Part shown: one piece after another, positions 24,270 to 40,380 of the stretch
How the letters are laid out: each line of letters opens with the position of its first letter
Position numbering within the stretch: position 1 is the first letter of the stretch
Assembly (NCBI GenBank): GCA_951406725.2
Contig: OX597829.1
Location: 5,332,001-5,396,000 of the forward strand
DNA length: 64,000 nt
Source of the DNA: Octopus vulgaris
Taxonomy: Eukaryota
Direction of reading: 5' to 3'
The notes under the pieces: model-generated
The model's database searches: none
What the model was told of the DNA's origin: nothing
What the model saw: only the letters and a program-made list of their open reading frames with translations
Position numbers and translations under genes: made by a program

Positions 24270-25070
24270 TCACACAGGAAGTTTTATTCCAACCAAAGAC
24301 TGGACATACTCAAAATTCAGACGTGATGATAGACAACAAGCCATTCAAAAGGGTCACATCATTTAAATATCTTGGAAGTACAGTAAACTTTACGAGTTCT
24401 CTTGATGACAAAATCAATGCAAGAATATTCAAGAATATTCAATGCCTTGAGAAAACTTTCCCATTATTTGTGGGATGAACACAGAGTCAGTCTGTAAACT
24501 AAAATAAATATATACAAATCTTATATTTTGAGCACACTTTTATACGAGGTAGAAGCATGGACTCCCTACTGTAGGCATATAAAGTAACTTGAAACCTTTC
24601 GCATGCACTGTCTATGCAATATCTGCAACATAAAATGGCAAGATAAGATATCAAATGCCAAAAATCTTAAAAACATGTGATATTTCCAGTACCCAAAGCA
24701 TGTTGCTGAGAATTCAGTGTAGATGGGTAGGAAATGTTGTTCAAATGAAAGATGACCACATTCCAAAAATTCTTCAGTATGGCCAACAAGTGATATGATA
24801 TCAGAGCAAAGGAAGATCCCCTTCGTTACATATAAAGATAAGTTGAAACAATCACTAAAACCGTTACAGCTTAACTCAACATCGGGGAAAGTCATTGCCT
24901 GGATCAATCTGCATGGCGTAAAATGTGTCACGATACATCCAAACAATTTGAGTTGAAGGAACATAGCAATAAAAGAATTATATATTGCAATCACACTTGC
25001 CCAATGCCTGGCAAAATCAAAATCATCTCTGCCTCCATTGCAACTTCATAGCAAAATTCATGTCTAGACT
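24270..25070 (+). mobile_element. Decayed RTE (BovB-like) LINE RT C-terminus
   Basis: FKYLGST..LDDKINARI..TKINIYK..LSTLLYEVEAWT..ICNIKWQDKISN, with stops. Confidence 0.85.
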
Positions 25071-25423
25071 CAAATTACTTTCACGTATCCATTGCAAATA
25101 AATGTAGCTTCTTTTGCTCTTTTATTTTTAAAAGTAATTTTCTCTCTCTCTCCCCTCTCTCCCTCTCTCTCCTCTCTCCCCTCTCTCTCCTCTCTCTCCC
25201 CTCTCTCCCTCCCCCCCCCTCTCTCTTTAAACACTCATATGTCAAAATTGACGGGAGTTACCATCATCATCATCATTACAAGTACATGTGTATCTATCAT
25301 TATTTTTTTATTTTATTCAATTTAAAAAAATTGAAGTATATCTTTGACAATTCTAAAGCTTATTGAACTTATTTTGCATGTGACTTTTGGCCTGCCATGT
25401 ATATATATATATATATATATATA

Positions 25424-25832
25424 TACTCTTTTACTCTTTTACTTGTTTCAGTCATTTGACTGCGGCCATGCTGGAGCACCACCTTTAGTCGAGCAAATCG
25501 ACCCTGGGACTTATTTTTTGTAAGCCCAGTACTTATTCTATCGGTCTTTTTGCCGAACCGCTAAGTGACGGGGACGTAAACACACCAGCATCGGTTGTCA
25601 AGCAATATAAGGGGGACAAACACAGACACACAAACACACACATATATATATATATATATATACATATATACGACAGGCTTCTTTCAGTTTCCATCTACTA
25701 AATCAACTCACAAGGCATTGGTTGGCCTGGGGCTATAGCAGAAGACACTTGCCCCAAGATGCAACGCAGTGGGACTGAACCCGGAACTAGGTGATTGGTA
25801 AGCAAGCTACTTACCACACAGCCACTCCTGCG

Positions 25833-25834
<2 letters not shown>
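25424..25834 (-). mobile_element. SINE family A, full length
   Basis: Reverse complement of family A. Confidence 0.9.
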
Positions 25835-25865
<31 letters not shown>

Positions 25866-25964
25866 TTGTGCATATACATGTATGTATTAGTGAACATCTG
25901 TGTGATCTCTGAACATGCTAGAAAAGAAGTGAAATTTGTCTTGAATTACACTCTACAATTTTAA

Positions 25965-26525
25965 CCCTTTCGTTACCAACCCAGCTAGAACCGGCTCAGG
26001 CTCTGAGTACAAATGTTTTGTTTTCATAAGTTTTGAATTAAAATCTTCCACCAAACCTTAGTCACAATTTATGTTCCTAACACTAGCTTAATGATAACTA
26101 TGTTATTTTACTAAATTCTTTGTTATCATCATCATCATCATCATCATCGTTTAACGTCCGTTCTCCATGCTAGTATGGGTTGGACGGTTCGACCGGGGAT
26201 CTGGGAAGCCAGAAGGCTGCACCAGGCTCTAGTCTGATCTGGCAGTGTTTCTACAGCTGGATGCCCTTCCTAACGCCAACCACTCCGTGAGTGTAGTGGG
26301 TGCTTTTTACGTGCCACCTGCACTGGTGCCAGGCGAGGCTGGCATCGGCCATGGTCGGATTGGTGCATTTTACGTGCCACCTGCACGGAAGCCAGTCAAG
26401 GCGGCACTGGCTTCGACCACGATTCGGATGGTGCCTTTTATGTGCCACCAGCATGGAAACCAGTTGAGGCGGCGCTGGCTGAAAGAAACACAGAGCATCT
26501 CTACAGGAATATGGTAGCGAAAGGG
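25965..26525. mobile_element. piggyBac-like MITE with a nested RTE 3' UTR (26126-26480)
   Basis: TTAA|CCCTTTCGTTACCA...TGGTAGCGAAAGGG|TTAA. Confidence 0.85.
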
Positions 26526-26654
26526 TTAAAATACAGTGAGTGCACACAGAGTAATGCCGACTGAGATGTACAAAAAGTAGATGGGAAATCTGTTTCCTCA
26601 CTGGGGATGGTGTTAGAATGTATTTTGTCATAGGTCTGAGTGGATTAAGAAAGA

Positions 26655-26810
26655 GAGGTGGCTGTGTGGTAAGTAGCTTGCTTACCAACCACATGGTTCC
26701 GGGTTCAGTCCCACTGCGTGGCACCTTGGCCAAGTGTCTTCTACTATAGCTTCGGGCCAACCAGAGCCTTGTGAGTGGATTTGGTAGACGGAAACAGAAA
26801 GAAGTCCGTC

Positions 26811-26905
<95 letters not shown>

Positions 26906-27074
26906 TACCCCCAACATCCCTGTAACTTAGCGGTTCGGCAAAAGAGACCAATAGAATAAGTACTAGGCTTACAAAGAATAAGACTTGGGGTCGTTTTGCT
27001 TGACTAAAGGTGGTGCTCCATCATGGCCACAGTCAAAATGACTGAAACAAGTAAAAGAGAGTAAAAAGAGTAAA
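26655..27074 (+). mobile_element. SINE family A
   Basis: As 17238-17662, with an expanded internal microsatellite. Confidence 0.9.
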
Positions 27075-28448
27075 GCTGGGGAATAAAGTTGTTTATCTAC
27101 AGCTTCCTCCTCCTAATCACAACACTTACTCATTAACCCAAGAAATATAATGAATCTTATGCACTTCCCATTTTTGTTTTGTCTGGAAAATTAGATGTAC
27201 TTCTGGAAAAAAAATACTTATTTAATTATTTAATTAATCAGGTGTCTAATTTGGTATTAATTGGAAAAGTTATTTTTCAGCATACTTTAGCCATGAGTTT
27301 AAATCTAACATCCAGTTACAGAACGTTAGTGACAAAATAAATCTTCTTTGCAACTTCTAACGTTTACTTAAGGTAGTGCAGTGTGTTTATTCAGAACAAG
27401 ACAGCCAAGATGAAATGTTTCTGATCTGAACTATACAATGTTTAGTTTGGCAGTTTATTTGGCATTCGGTATTCAAATCTCACAGTGATTGTCAATGCTA
27501 CAAGGATGGTATTATGCCGCAGACATATACTACATTAGACAAGTACTATACTATAGTGGCCTGTTCTACTATTCTATAGTATAGTGTATTCTAATAAGGT
27601 AGATACTATATTTATAGACTCTGCACCTTAAACAACAATAATTGTCTCCGTGCCTATCTCAGAAATTATGATTTTATAATTGCCTCAAAACATGACGTAA
27701 GCCCTCCTATGTCAGCAATGAATTTCACATCATCATTGTCGTCATCGTCATAGTGATTGTCCTCATTGAACAGCCATCTTCCATGCTTGCAGGAATTGGC
27801 CAGTTTAACAGGATCCAAAAAGCCAGAGAATTGTATCAAGCACCAATGTATATCCTGGCATGGTTTCTAAGGTTGGATGTCCTTTATAACGCCAAGTACA
27901 CTACAAATTTCACTGGGTGCTTTTCATGGCACCAGCACTAGTGAGGTCACCAAGTAACTCACATGACTCTTGATTGAATGTGGTTGTAACAGAGTGCAAG
28001 GTGTCTTTATGCCAGGTAAAGAGAGGCTAAAGTATGATAAAGGGACAGACACAGGTGTCTTGCTGTAGAGGAGGAGATAGATGGCTGCCTTGCGTGATAT
28101 AAGGCTCAGTAGGAAGAAGCCCGAAAGAATACAATAATAGTGGTGATGAGGTGTCAGAGTGTACACTCAAGATATAAGAAGGTGAGTATAAGAGGGAATA
28201 TTGACATGGGTTTTGGGAAGGGTGAGTGGATGAGTTCATTAGAGTGTGGGAGGAGAGTGACAAATGGTTCGTGATGGAGGTAGAGTTTAATGTAGGGAAT
28301 GATACTAGTGTGGAGATGTGACTGAAGGTAAATTAGGGGATAGGTGAAAGAATGGGAGTGGCCCAAAAAGAATGAAGTGATGAATGGCAGCACAGAAACC
28401 AAAGTTTAGCAGCAGTATAACAAACGTAGTTGATAAGAAAATATATAT

Positions 28449-28668
28449 GTTTCTTTATTACCCACTAGGGGTTAAACATAGAGGGACAAACAAGGACAAA
28501 CGAATTAAGTCGATTACATCGACCCCAGTGCGTAACTGGTACTTAATTTATCGACCCCGAAAGGATGAAAGGCAGAGTCGACCTCGGCAGAATTTGAACT
28601 CAGAACATAGCAACGGGCGAAATACCGCAAAGCACTTCGCCCAGCGTGCTAACGTCTCTGCCAGCTCG
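28449..28668 (-). mobile_element. SINE family B
   Basis: Reverse complement of family B. Confidence 0.85.
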
Positions 28669-29307
28669 GGAGAGGTAGAGTGAGGGGAGAAAGAGAGATG
28701 TACAGGGACAGGGATGGATGTCAGAGACATGTACGGGTCGAGGACAGAGTTTGGAGGTAACTGGCAAAGGCAATTATGCCATTTGATGAGGTTGATAGTC
28801 GATAAGAGAGTTGCTATAGATTAGGTAATACCAGTAATAAGGAAGCACAGAAATGAGTAATTGATGGAAATTAAAGTGGGAAGAGGTGGTATATAAAATG
28901 AGGGATTGATTTTAAAAGGTAGTGGTTCAAGGGAGACAGGATAGTACAAAAGGAGGTGAGAATGTATACATTCTGCTTTCTTATGATTATAGCTGCTGAA
29001 TAGTACCATCTTTGGGTACTAGGAAGATGAGAAAATGATTAGGTGCAGGGAAGGATCTTGTGAATGTTATGACAAGGGAAGTCATAATTTGCCTGAGGAT
29101 CCTGTGCACTCAGGGGTGAAACTCAGACGACCAACAGGCTGACTGAACCAAAAAAAGATTCATTATAAATCTATGGTATTAAGTACAGTCATATAAGCTA
29201 TATATATATATATATATTGTTGAATCTTACAGAAAAACAAAAGATGAAGACAGGTATATGAACAACAAGCAGGTATATTAGTTTGACGCTCAGGAAAGTG
29301 AGAAACT

Positions 29308-29343
29308 CTTTTACATTTCAAGCGTATGCTCTTCAACATAAAG
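29308..29343 (-). ncRNA. Degenerate minimal type I hammerhead ribozyme motif in a short element (about 29215-29400)
   Basis: cuuu AUGUUGA a gagc-auac-gcuu GAAA u GUA aaag; the core deviates from CUGANGA, so it is probably inactive. Confidence 0.55.
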
Positions 29344-29401
29344 GAATAAGAGAAAAGAAAAAACAGAAAGTTAAAAAAAGGTTCAAACATCGTTCTATAT
29401 A

Positions 29402-29587
29402 TCTGTATATATAAAAGGCAGGATGTGTATGTGTGTTGCCCATATATATATATATATATATATAAATCAATTTCAACGGATTTCACCCAAATTTGACGTT
29501 GATGTTACTTAGTTTGGTTTGAAATAAATAACTTGATTACCTTAATAATCCTAACTTAATCCTGGGCAAAGCTGGGTTATACTGCTA

Positions 29588-29588
<1 letters not shown>
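29402..29588 (+). mobile_element. Non-autonomous Helitron-like element
   Basis: 5' TCTGTATATATAAAAG; 3' CCTGGGCAAAGCTGGG hairpin-like motif followed by CTAC (CTAG-like). Confidence 0.45.
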
Positions 29589-29933
<345 letters not shown>

Positions 29934-30315
29934 AAAATAGGAAAGATAGAAAATGCTGCCTTCAGTGACATCTCTACACCTGGTTCATTCTCTACGTTAG
30001 CCTCTACCTCCATCTTGAACCATTTATCACTCTCCTCTCACACTCTTATGACCTTATTCAGTCATCCTTCCAAAACCCGTGTTCCCTATCTTGCCCTATT
30101 TCCCTTATACATATTGACTTAAAAGTAAATAAGTAACAAGGATGTTAAGGTACTAATGCAATGCAGCCTTATATTAAGCAGCTCCATTTAATCGAACAAT
30201 GCAAGCATCAATTCGAATCTCATGATTTTTAGCAAATATTTCATCAGAGCAGGCAGACAGACAGATACAATACAATACATACATACATAGATACATACAT
30301 AGATACATAATACAT

Positions 30316-30886
30316 GGTGGCTGCCCTCTCGTTATCGAGTATGGCCATTGCACGAAGCTTAATCAATGTTGTTATCGTGCAATGCCTGTGCAAGAAGATC
30401 CTTTTTTAAAGTGAGGAAAGGCTGTGCACTGAGTCAATCCCACTCACTAAGCAACAGCAGCCATAATCCGAAAAGAAGAACAAGTCAACATCATGGGTAA
30501 CCACTGAGCCGCAAGTTTTATGTTGGAGCTATCCCAGTTACCTGAGTTACCTTCTCCTAGAAGGATGCCCTAACAAAGGCTAGGAGTCCTTCACTTCCAA
30601 TGGTTTAACCACGCGATCGGGTATTCAGTCCAATTATTTCTATGTTCCCGCGCATGATACAGCCTTAAGCCTTAAGAGAAAAAAGAAACACATTTATCGG
30701 ATGGCTGTTGACTCTCAAGAGTTCCTCCGCCCTTTGACGGATTTTGTTTTTCATCCCACAGGGTGTCCAATAAGCACCCTCCACACCAAGCAAGCTTGGT
30801 GGGGTTGCTGGTTTAGTTGCCGACGGCCCGACCATGCAACAGGTTGTACTGGGTTACATGTTAGCTGTAGCAATCGAAAGTGACCT
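30316..30886. mobile_element. About 570-bp non-coding retroposon-like insertion
   Basis: GC-richer island within (TACA)n, flanked by ACATAATACAT on both sides (possible TSD); family uncertain, possibly RTE-related. Confidence 0.5.
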
Positions 30887-31235
30887 GACATAATACATAA
30901 TACAAACATACATACATACATACATACATACATACGTATGTACATATGTACATACATGCAGACAGACTAACAGACATGTGTTTTTTCATCAGCTCAGATC
31001 CAATGGTATAACCATCAAAGATATTCAGACATAACATATATACTTTTATACTATCCAAAATTTTGTTCCTTTCTTCAGGTGGTAGAGAGTAAATACCCAT
31101 AGCCAGTGGTCAGGGTGTTGCACTCAAAATCACAAGCTCATACTTCGAATTCCTGGACTGCATGGTGTGTCACGTTTTTGTATAAAACCCTTTATCTTAT
31201 GTTGCACAGGAATCACTTTGACATCTGACATGTGT

Positions 31236-31540
31236 GTTTGTTTGTTCCATTTCGAGCCATGCCTGGCTCATAGGACCGGTTTCCCAGTTTTTTGGCATAT
31301 AGGTTCCCCACCTGGACGGAACACCGGTCCATCGCAGGTGAACTGCATGATGCAGAAGGAAAGAGTGAGAGAAAGTTGTGGTGAAAGAATCAGCAGAAGT
31401 TTCGCCATTACCTTCTGCCGGAGCCGCGTGGAGCTTAGGTGTTTCGCCCATAAACACACATATCATCCGGTCTGAGATTCGAACCTGTGATCCCTCGACA
31501 GCGAGTCCGCTGCTCTAACCACTAGGCCATGTGCCTCCAC
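31236..31540 (-). mobile_element. tRNA-derived SINE, family C (tail type 2)
   Basis: TGGCCTAGTGGTTAG..GGTTCGAATC head; (AAAC)n tail; close match to 58455-58761. Confidence 0.85.
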
Positions 31541-32588
31541 ATCTGACATGTAGCATTCCTTGTAGCTATACATGTAGCATTCCTTGTACCCATACAGGCC
31601 ATGCCAATTTGATGGAGGCAGTGAGCTAGTGTACAACACAAATGCGTGATTACAATAAACAAATCATTTATGCAGGTTGTTCAACAGGGAGTAATTTAAG
31701 GGCTGATTTGGTTGCTATTTCTAACAGGTCTTGTGATCCTGTAAAAGCTCCTTCACTGGCTTAAAATAAACACTCACACATAAATATATCTATATACACC
31801 AGATGTAAATCAATTATACCACATGCCTCTACAAAGCTGTGCCAGTGCCAAGCTAAATATCATCGTTAATATTCTTATTATTGTTGCTTTTGCTTATTTA
31901 TTTATTTTTTTCGTGGGTCTTGCTGCTGCTGCTGTCTTAATTACAATAAATTACTTGTTACTTCATTAATAGCACCCTTGCTCACTAATTTCTGTGTCAC
32001 TAACATATTTGGTTGCACCAGATTACATTTTGATAAGAAATTTTCGTGTTTATATGTTTTTAGTATGCTTGTTAATTAGACTAATATTTTTGCATGTTAA
32101 TGATCATGGCAATTAGGGGGTTATGACTGCCTAGTTTGATATATTTAAAACTGTGCTTATTATTTATAATCATTTCATTATGAGAGGAAAATAAGCAGGA
32201 AAGTAAGAAATATAGAAACATAAATTGTAGACCAAGTCTTTAGCAATGTCTTTGACAGTATCTTAAAATCTGAAACAATAACTTTGGAATTATTTTCGCT
32301 TTGTTTAATTTTTGCACAACTTAACATAGAGAACTTGTTGTTCAGTAACTGACAATTTGTATTGAACCCAAAGAATTATGACAATATAATTATTGAGGAA
32401 GGAAATATTCAAAGTTTCAACATTCTTAACTTTTCTAAAGGTTCTAGGGGCATAAAGAGAAATAATATTTTTACAAGCAATCAAAATAGCATTACAGACT
32501 TAGCAACAGGATGTTTTACCAATTAGTCTATGGCTGTCGATATTTTAGGTAATGTAATTATGACTGTTACAATATAAGGTCTTCTACT

Positions 32589-32756
32589 CAGGGTCATCTC
32601 AACAGCTTCAAAGGCCCCTGGGCAAATCAATGCACAAGGACCTATAGTATTTATTTATTGACAGCAAGCAGCAACATACATAGGTCAAAATCAAGCCCGT
32701 GGACTTGGGAAGCTCTTGGACAAAGTCCAGTGTGCTCATGCCTTAAGATAACCCTG
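32589..32756. mobile_element. Old hAT-like MITE
   Basis: CAGGGTCATCT...AGATAACCCTG termini; weak 8-bp TSD. Confidence 0.45.
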
Positions 32757-32909
32757 CATCTAACATAGAATAATCTCTTTCAGAAACGCATTAAAAGCTG
32801 AAGTATAAGAAAATTGATTTGTTTCATTCTTTTTTTTTTTAAGTGAATATCTTAAATCATGGCAATGTTTGTTAACTTTTCATTACTGTTCTAATATTTA
32901 GACAATGTC

Positions 32910-32928
32910 TCATCATCATCACCACCAG

Positions 32929-33001
<73 letters not shown>

Positions 33002-33510
33002 GTTTAATGTCCGCTTTCCATGGGTTGGATGATTTTGACTGAGGGCTGGCAAACCAGGCTCCAATCTTGATTTGGCAGAGTTTCTACAGCTGGATGCCCT
33101 TCCTAACGCCAACCACTCTGAGAGTGTAGTGGGTGGTTTTTACGTGCCACCGGCACGGGGGCCAGTCAGACGGTACTGGCAACGACCTCACTTGAATCCT
33201 TTTACACATGCCACCAGCACAGGTGCTAGTAAGGCAACTTTGGTAACGATCACGCTCGAATAGTGCCCTTTTACGTGCCACCGGCACGGGGGCCAGTCAG
33301 GCAGCACTGGCAATGACCTCGCTCGATTCCTTTTACACATGCCACCAGCACAGGTGCCAGTAAGGCGACTTTAGTAACGATCATGCTCGAATGGTGCCCT
33401 TTTACGTGCTACTGGTACGGAAGCCAGTTGGCTGCTCTGGCAATGATCCCACTCAGATGGTGCTCTTGGCACCCTACTAGCACAGGCATGAGTGCCAGTA
33501 AGGCATCTGA
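32910..33510 (-). mobile_element. RTE 3' UTR with long (GAT)n tail and internal tandem units
   Basis: Same family as 633-915. Confidence 0.8.
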
Positions 33511-34134
33511 ATAAATTAAACAAAACAAATTCACGATTCTAAAATTTTGGTTTTTCTTAACTATGAAGTTCAGTTGTGAGACTCATTCTTTACAGACATT
33601 CTCTCTCCATGCTGCTGTGGGTTGGACGATTCAACAGACACTGTGTGTTGCGAATCACAGTGAAATTACTTTCCAGTAAACATTCTCAGTTTATTGTTCT
33701 CAATCTTGTTTACTTTTAATTCTGCAAACTGCTTCATTTATGTTGGTAATATTCTAAAGGTAACCTTAACTTCCATTCTTAAGGTGGTGAAATCTGAGGG
33801 AGATGTAGTAGTTATTTCTATATGTCTAGCAGCTGGAGCAGCCATGTGAATTTCCCTCATTATCTCACAAAGCCAAAATACCAAAAGTGAAAGATGTCCT
33901 GGATATATGAGATCACAGTTTGTCACTGCAGCAAACCCCAGCCCTTGAATTCCAGATGACAAGACTTACAATCCTCCACAAATACTGAGGCACATCTACA
34001 ATACCATTCTAACAGCACCACCCCTTCTACTCAGTCCTAACAGAATTAAAACACCCTAGAAACTCTAATATAAATCCCTATGTTCCCAGAATCCTACAAC
34101 AGCACAACTGTAAAAACACCAATCCAATTTAAAC

Positions 34135-34376
34135 AAGCACGTAAAAAGCACCAACCAATCATGGCGTTGCCAGCCTCGTCTGGCACATGTGCCGGTGGCA
34201 CGTAAAAATCACCCACTACACTCATGGAGTGGTTGGCATTAGGAAGAGCATCCAGCCGTAGAAACATTGCCAGATCAGACTGGGCCTGGTGCAGCCTTCT
34301 GGCTTCCCAGACCCCAGTTGAACTGTCCAACCCATGCTAGCATGGAAAGCGGACGCTAAGTGATGATGATGATGAT
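34135..34376 (+). mobile_element. RTE 3' UTR fragment
   Basis: Ends CCCATGCTAGCATGGAAAGCGGACG..(GAT)n. Confidence 0.8.
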
Positions 34377-34689
34377 AAAAACTGCACACACTGATGATGC
34401 TGTCATCATCGTCATTGTCATCATCATTGTTGTCCTTGTCAACATCGTCATCATCATCCTTTAACTCTTGTTTTCCAGGCTGGCATGAGTTATACAATCA
34501 TAAATTGTAGACGTTGTGCTATAATAGGCACTGATAGTGGTAAGTGTAAAGAAATAGCAGCTTAGGCACTCCAAGTGCATTCAATCCAGCTCCCTTATGG
34601 TCACAACTAGAATTTCCAGACATGCAATGGCAGAGTGAACAATGGAGAGGGTGTATGTTTAAACTGTCATACTAAAAGTAAAAGAGTAC

Positions 34690-35005
34690 CCCCCCCCCCA
34701 CCTTCAGTCGTGGATGACCATGGAATTGAATATAGAATGGCCTTCTCCACCCCCAAGGCACAAGTCTGGGCAAGATTGTTTCATAGAAGACCAGCAGTCG
34801 CCCATGCACACCATCCTCTCCTCTCCACACCACTGATACAGCTTGGCACCTGTGACCTCAAAACTTATTTCTACAGCTGAGTGAATTGGAGCAACGGGAA
34901 ATAAAGTGTCTTGCTCAAGAACACAACACAACCCCACCCGAGAATCAAACTCACAACCTCACAATCATAAGCTCAACACTTTAACCACTGAGCCATGCAC
35001 CTTCA
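34690..35005 (-). mobile_element. CORE-like tRNA SINE (another family; second copy 51280-51550)
   Basis: GTGTTCTTGAGCAAGACACTTTATTTC..GTTGCTCCA core on the minus strand. Confidence 0.7.
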
Positions 35006-37199
35006 CTATAAACTATCAATCATCATCATCATCATCATCATGTAGCATCCATTCTTCATACTGTGGCACAGGTTGGACAATTCACCAGAATTTGGTGAGC
35101 AAGAGGGCCACACCAAGTCCCAATCTCTGCTTCTGCATGGTTTCTATGGCTGGATGCACGAGGGTGCATGGCTTAATAGTTAGGATATTTGGCTCAAAAT
35201 CATATGGTCAAAATTTCAATATGTGCTGGCATACTGGGTGCTTGAGCAAGGCACTCTACTTCACATTGCTCCAGTTCACTCAGCCGCCGAAATTGAGTAG
35301 TAAATGTAATTCAAAGGAGGTCAGCCTTGTTACGTTCTGTGTCTATGGAGTACTCAGCCACACACATATTAAATTCATGAGCAGGCTGTTCCACTGTTCA
35401 GATCAACTGGAACACACATCATTGTAAATAACTAGGAGCCAGGCCATGAATGGAGGCCCTTCCTAGTGCCAACCACTTTATAGAATGTATTGAGTACATT
35501 TTTGAATGGTACCAGTGCTAGTGAGGTTGTCACTGCATGTCAGTATATAGTGTATGGTTTCCATTTAGTCAAAGGAATGATAAGTCCATAAAAATAAGAC
35601 TGTGGGTTACACTTAAATGTTTAATCGGCAACTTTTGAGCCACGGGCTTTCTGTACAAGGAGTGGTAAAAAGAAATTAATTTTTAACTCACTGATTTCTG
35701 TGATAAATTTACATACATGCAAATACACACAGATATGTGTGTATATATGACTGTGTGTGTGTTTGTATATATATAAAAATACATGCATACATACATATAT
35801 ACATACCTATGCCACACACACACACACACACTGCATATTATCAAATCTTTCTGCAAAGATCTGAAGAGCTATTTTAACATATGATAGTTTGATGTTGTAT
35901 GCATCAAAGTTAATTGCTCTGTATTGTTTTCTATTCAAATTGGAGACATCTACTTCTGAGTGAGAACCAGTTTACTGTCATAACTATTACATTCTACTCT
36001 TTGGTGGGATATAAAAAAAAAATTGTTTTAGAAACTCCACGTTTCTTTTGTTCACCACTAATATTGTTACTTTATCTCACCAAAATAATTATTTTCAGTT
36101 AGTTTTTTTAATGTTTTGTACATTAATAACAACTTAGCTATTGTTTTTTATGCAAATGATGTTCTAGGTTTATATAATTTCAAAATAATTGTATTTTCCA
36201 ACACCAATAAATGTTTAACCATATATACTAACTGATTCATTTCATTGCTAGCTGGGCAACTATGGTAAAGAGCATTTAAAATTATTTTTTTTATTTTTAT
36301 AATTTATTCAGGAGTAACAGTGCACAAGACCTTTTACAGCACCCTCCAGATTGGTGAAAGGGAAGGCGGTTGGGAAAAACCCTAGAACTGAAGACCTGGC
36401 CTTTATGCTTGCATCGGACTGGACACCACAAAAGATCCTCAAGAATATACTGAGCAACAGATAAAATATTCAAGTAGGTCATGGTGGGATTCAAGTACAT
36501 TCAAGTAGGTCATGGTGGGATTTGAACTTGGAATGTTAAAAGCCTGAACAAATACTGCAAAGTAACATACACCTAGCTCCAACGGTTCCATCAGTTCAAC
36601 TCATTAGATCAGTACTTTAAGAATTGACTCCAGAAGGCTTAAAGACAGAACTAATATCAGTGGGTTTTGAACTCTGGTTACAAGGAACTAAGATGAATAT
36701 TAAAAGGCACTTTGTCTGACATTCCAATAACTCAGTTAGTTCCCCACCTACTTACTCTATGATGAGGTCAGAATAAAACCAAATTATGTTCAAAGTTGAC
36801 CTTCTTACATGTTACAAAAAAAAAAAATTCATCTTAGCCAATGACTAATAGCAGTTTTGTTTTGTTTTATTTTTTTTACTGCATATTTATTTCTAGTTTA
36901 GATGTTTAATGTTGTTGCATATGTTAACACTAACTTTTCTGACAATTCAACATTCTGACACTGTTCCCACCCTCATAGGGTGCCAGACATGAATTAAGCT
37001 TATTCAAAAATATTGATTGAAACAGCATGGGAATTTTAGTAAATTTTGGTAGTTGGCTGTACAAATGTGAGAAAACGTACTCAATACAAGTGGTAAAGTT
37101 TAGCTGTTTATTCATTCAAGCAACAAAAGTATAAGAAAAGAGTATATAAACATGAGAAACTCAGGGCACTGAGAAAGCTAATAAATTACATAGATAAGT

Positions 37200-37265
<66 letters not shown>

Positions 37266-37724
37266 ATAATGATATGTCTACCTAAGAATATTAGGAAGTG
37301 TCCAGGCGGTTTCTTCACATGGACAGAAATAGCAGAGAAATGTGTTTTTCAAAAAAGCCTTGAAAATGAGGGTCAATGTAGTTCTTTATATAAAATATGT
37401 ATCAAGACTGGAGGCTCATGGTTAGGTTGTCTTTGAATACCAGTCTACTGAAACAAGACTGATTTGAACAACAACTATGCATGCTACACATGTGTATCTG
37501 TATAAGGGCATGTGCATATGTTTGTGAAAACATTCACTTACTTACACACACATACACATGTATATAATGTATGTGTGTGTGTGTGTATGTATATCATCAT
37601 CATCATCGTTTAACATCCGCTTTCCATGCTAGCATGGGTTGGACGATATGACTGAGGACTGGTGAGCCAGATGGCTGCACCAGACTCATATAGATATATG
37701 TTTACACACATATATGTGTATGTT

Positions 37725-37779
<55 letters not shown>

Positions 37780-38082
37780 ATGTATATGTTTACACACATA
37801 TACATAGGTATGTAGGTTCATTTATATATATACATATATATATACACACACATACATAGGCACAGGAGTGGCTGTGTGGTAAGAAGCTTGCTTCCCAACC
37901 ACATGGTTCCAGGCTCAGTTCTGCAGTGTGGCACCTTGGGTAAGTGTCTTCCACTATAGCCTCCGGCCGACCAAAGTAGAGGGGAAACTGAAAGAAGCCC
38001 GTTGTATAATTATATATATATCATCATCTTCATCATCATCATCATCATAATTGTTTAACATCCGTTTTCCATGCTGGCATGA

Positions 38083-38122
<40 letters not shown>

Positions 38123-38719
38123 TATACATGTGTGTGTGTGTGTGTCTATAATTTGTTTGCATGTGTCTGTGTTTTTGTTCCTCCACCATCACTTAACAAT
38201 CATGATTTAGCGATTTGGTTTACAAAGAATAAGTCTTGGGGTTGATTTGTTCGACTAAAGGCAGTGCTCCAGCATGGCCACAGTCGAATGACTGAAACAA
38301 GTAAAAGAAAAAAACAAATACAAAATATAAATGCACAGCTGTATGTATATATATATATATATACATGTAAGTACATATATGTGCGTAGTGTGTATAAAGC
38401 AATGTATGTGCTTATATCTATATATACAGAGAAAGAGTGTGACTGAAAGAGACAAGAAAATTTATAAAATGACTGATATACATACATGCACATAACTATA
38501 TACTGTAGGCATTTGTTGAAGAGTTTAATGCTTTTGCTTATAAAACTTTAATACACAAACTGACATATACACATGCTTATATATTTTTGTATAGCCTTAT
38601 GTTTTTCTCTCTCTGCCTGTGCCATTGTGATTATGAATATTTGCATATGTATGTATATTTGTGTAGAAAAAACATACACACATATACATGCATATGTCTG
38701 TCTGTCTGTCTATCTCTCT

Positions 38720-40380
<1,661 letters not shown>

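Noticed and set aside
31470-31540. tRNA-Arg gene (also 10730-10799 and 58690-58761)
   Set aside because: The tRNA-like head continues into a shared SINE body, and the acceptor stem does not pair properly.
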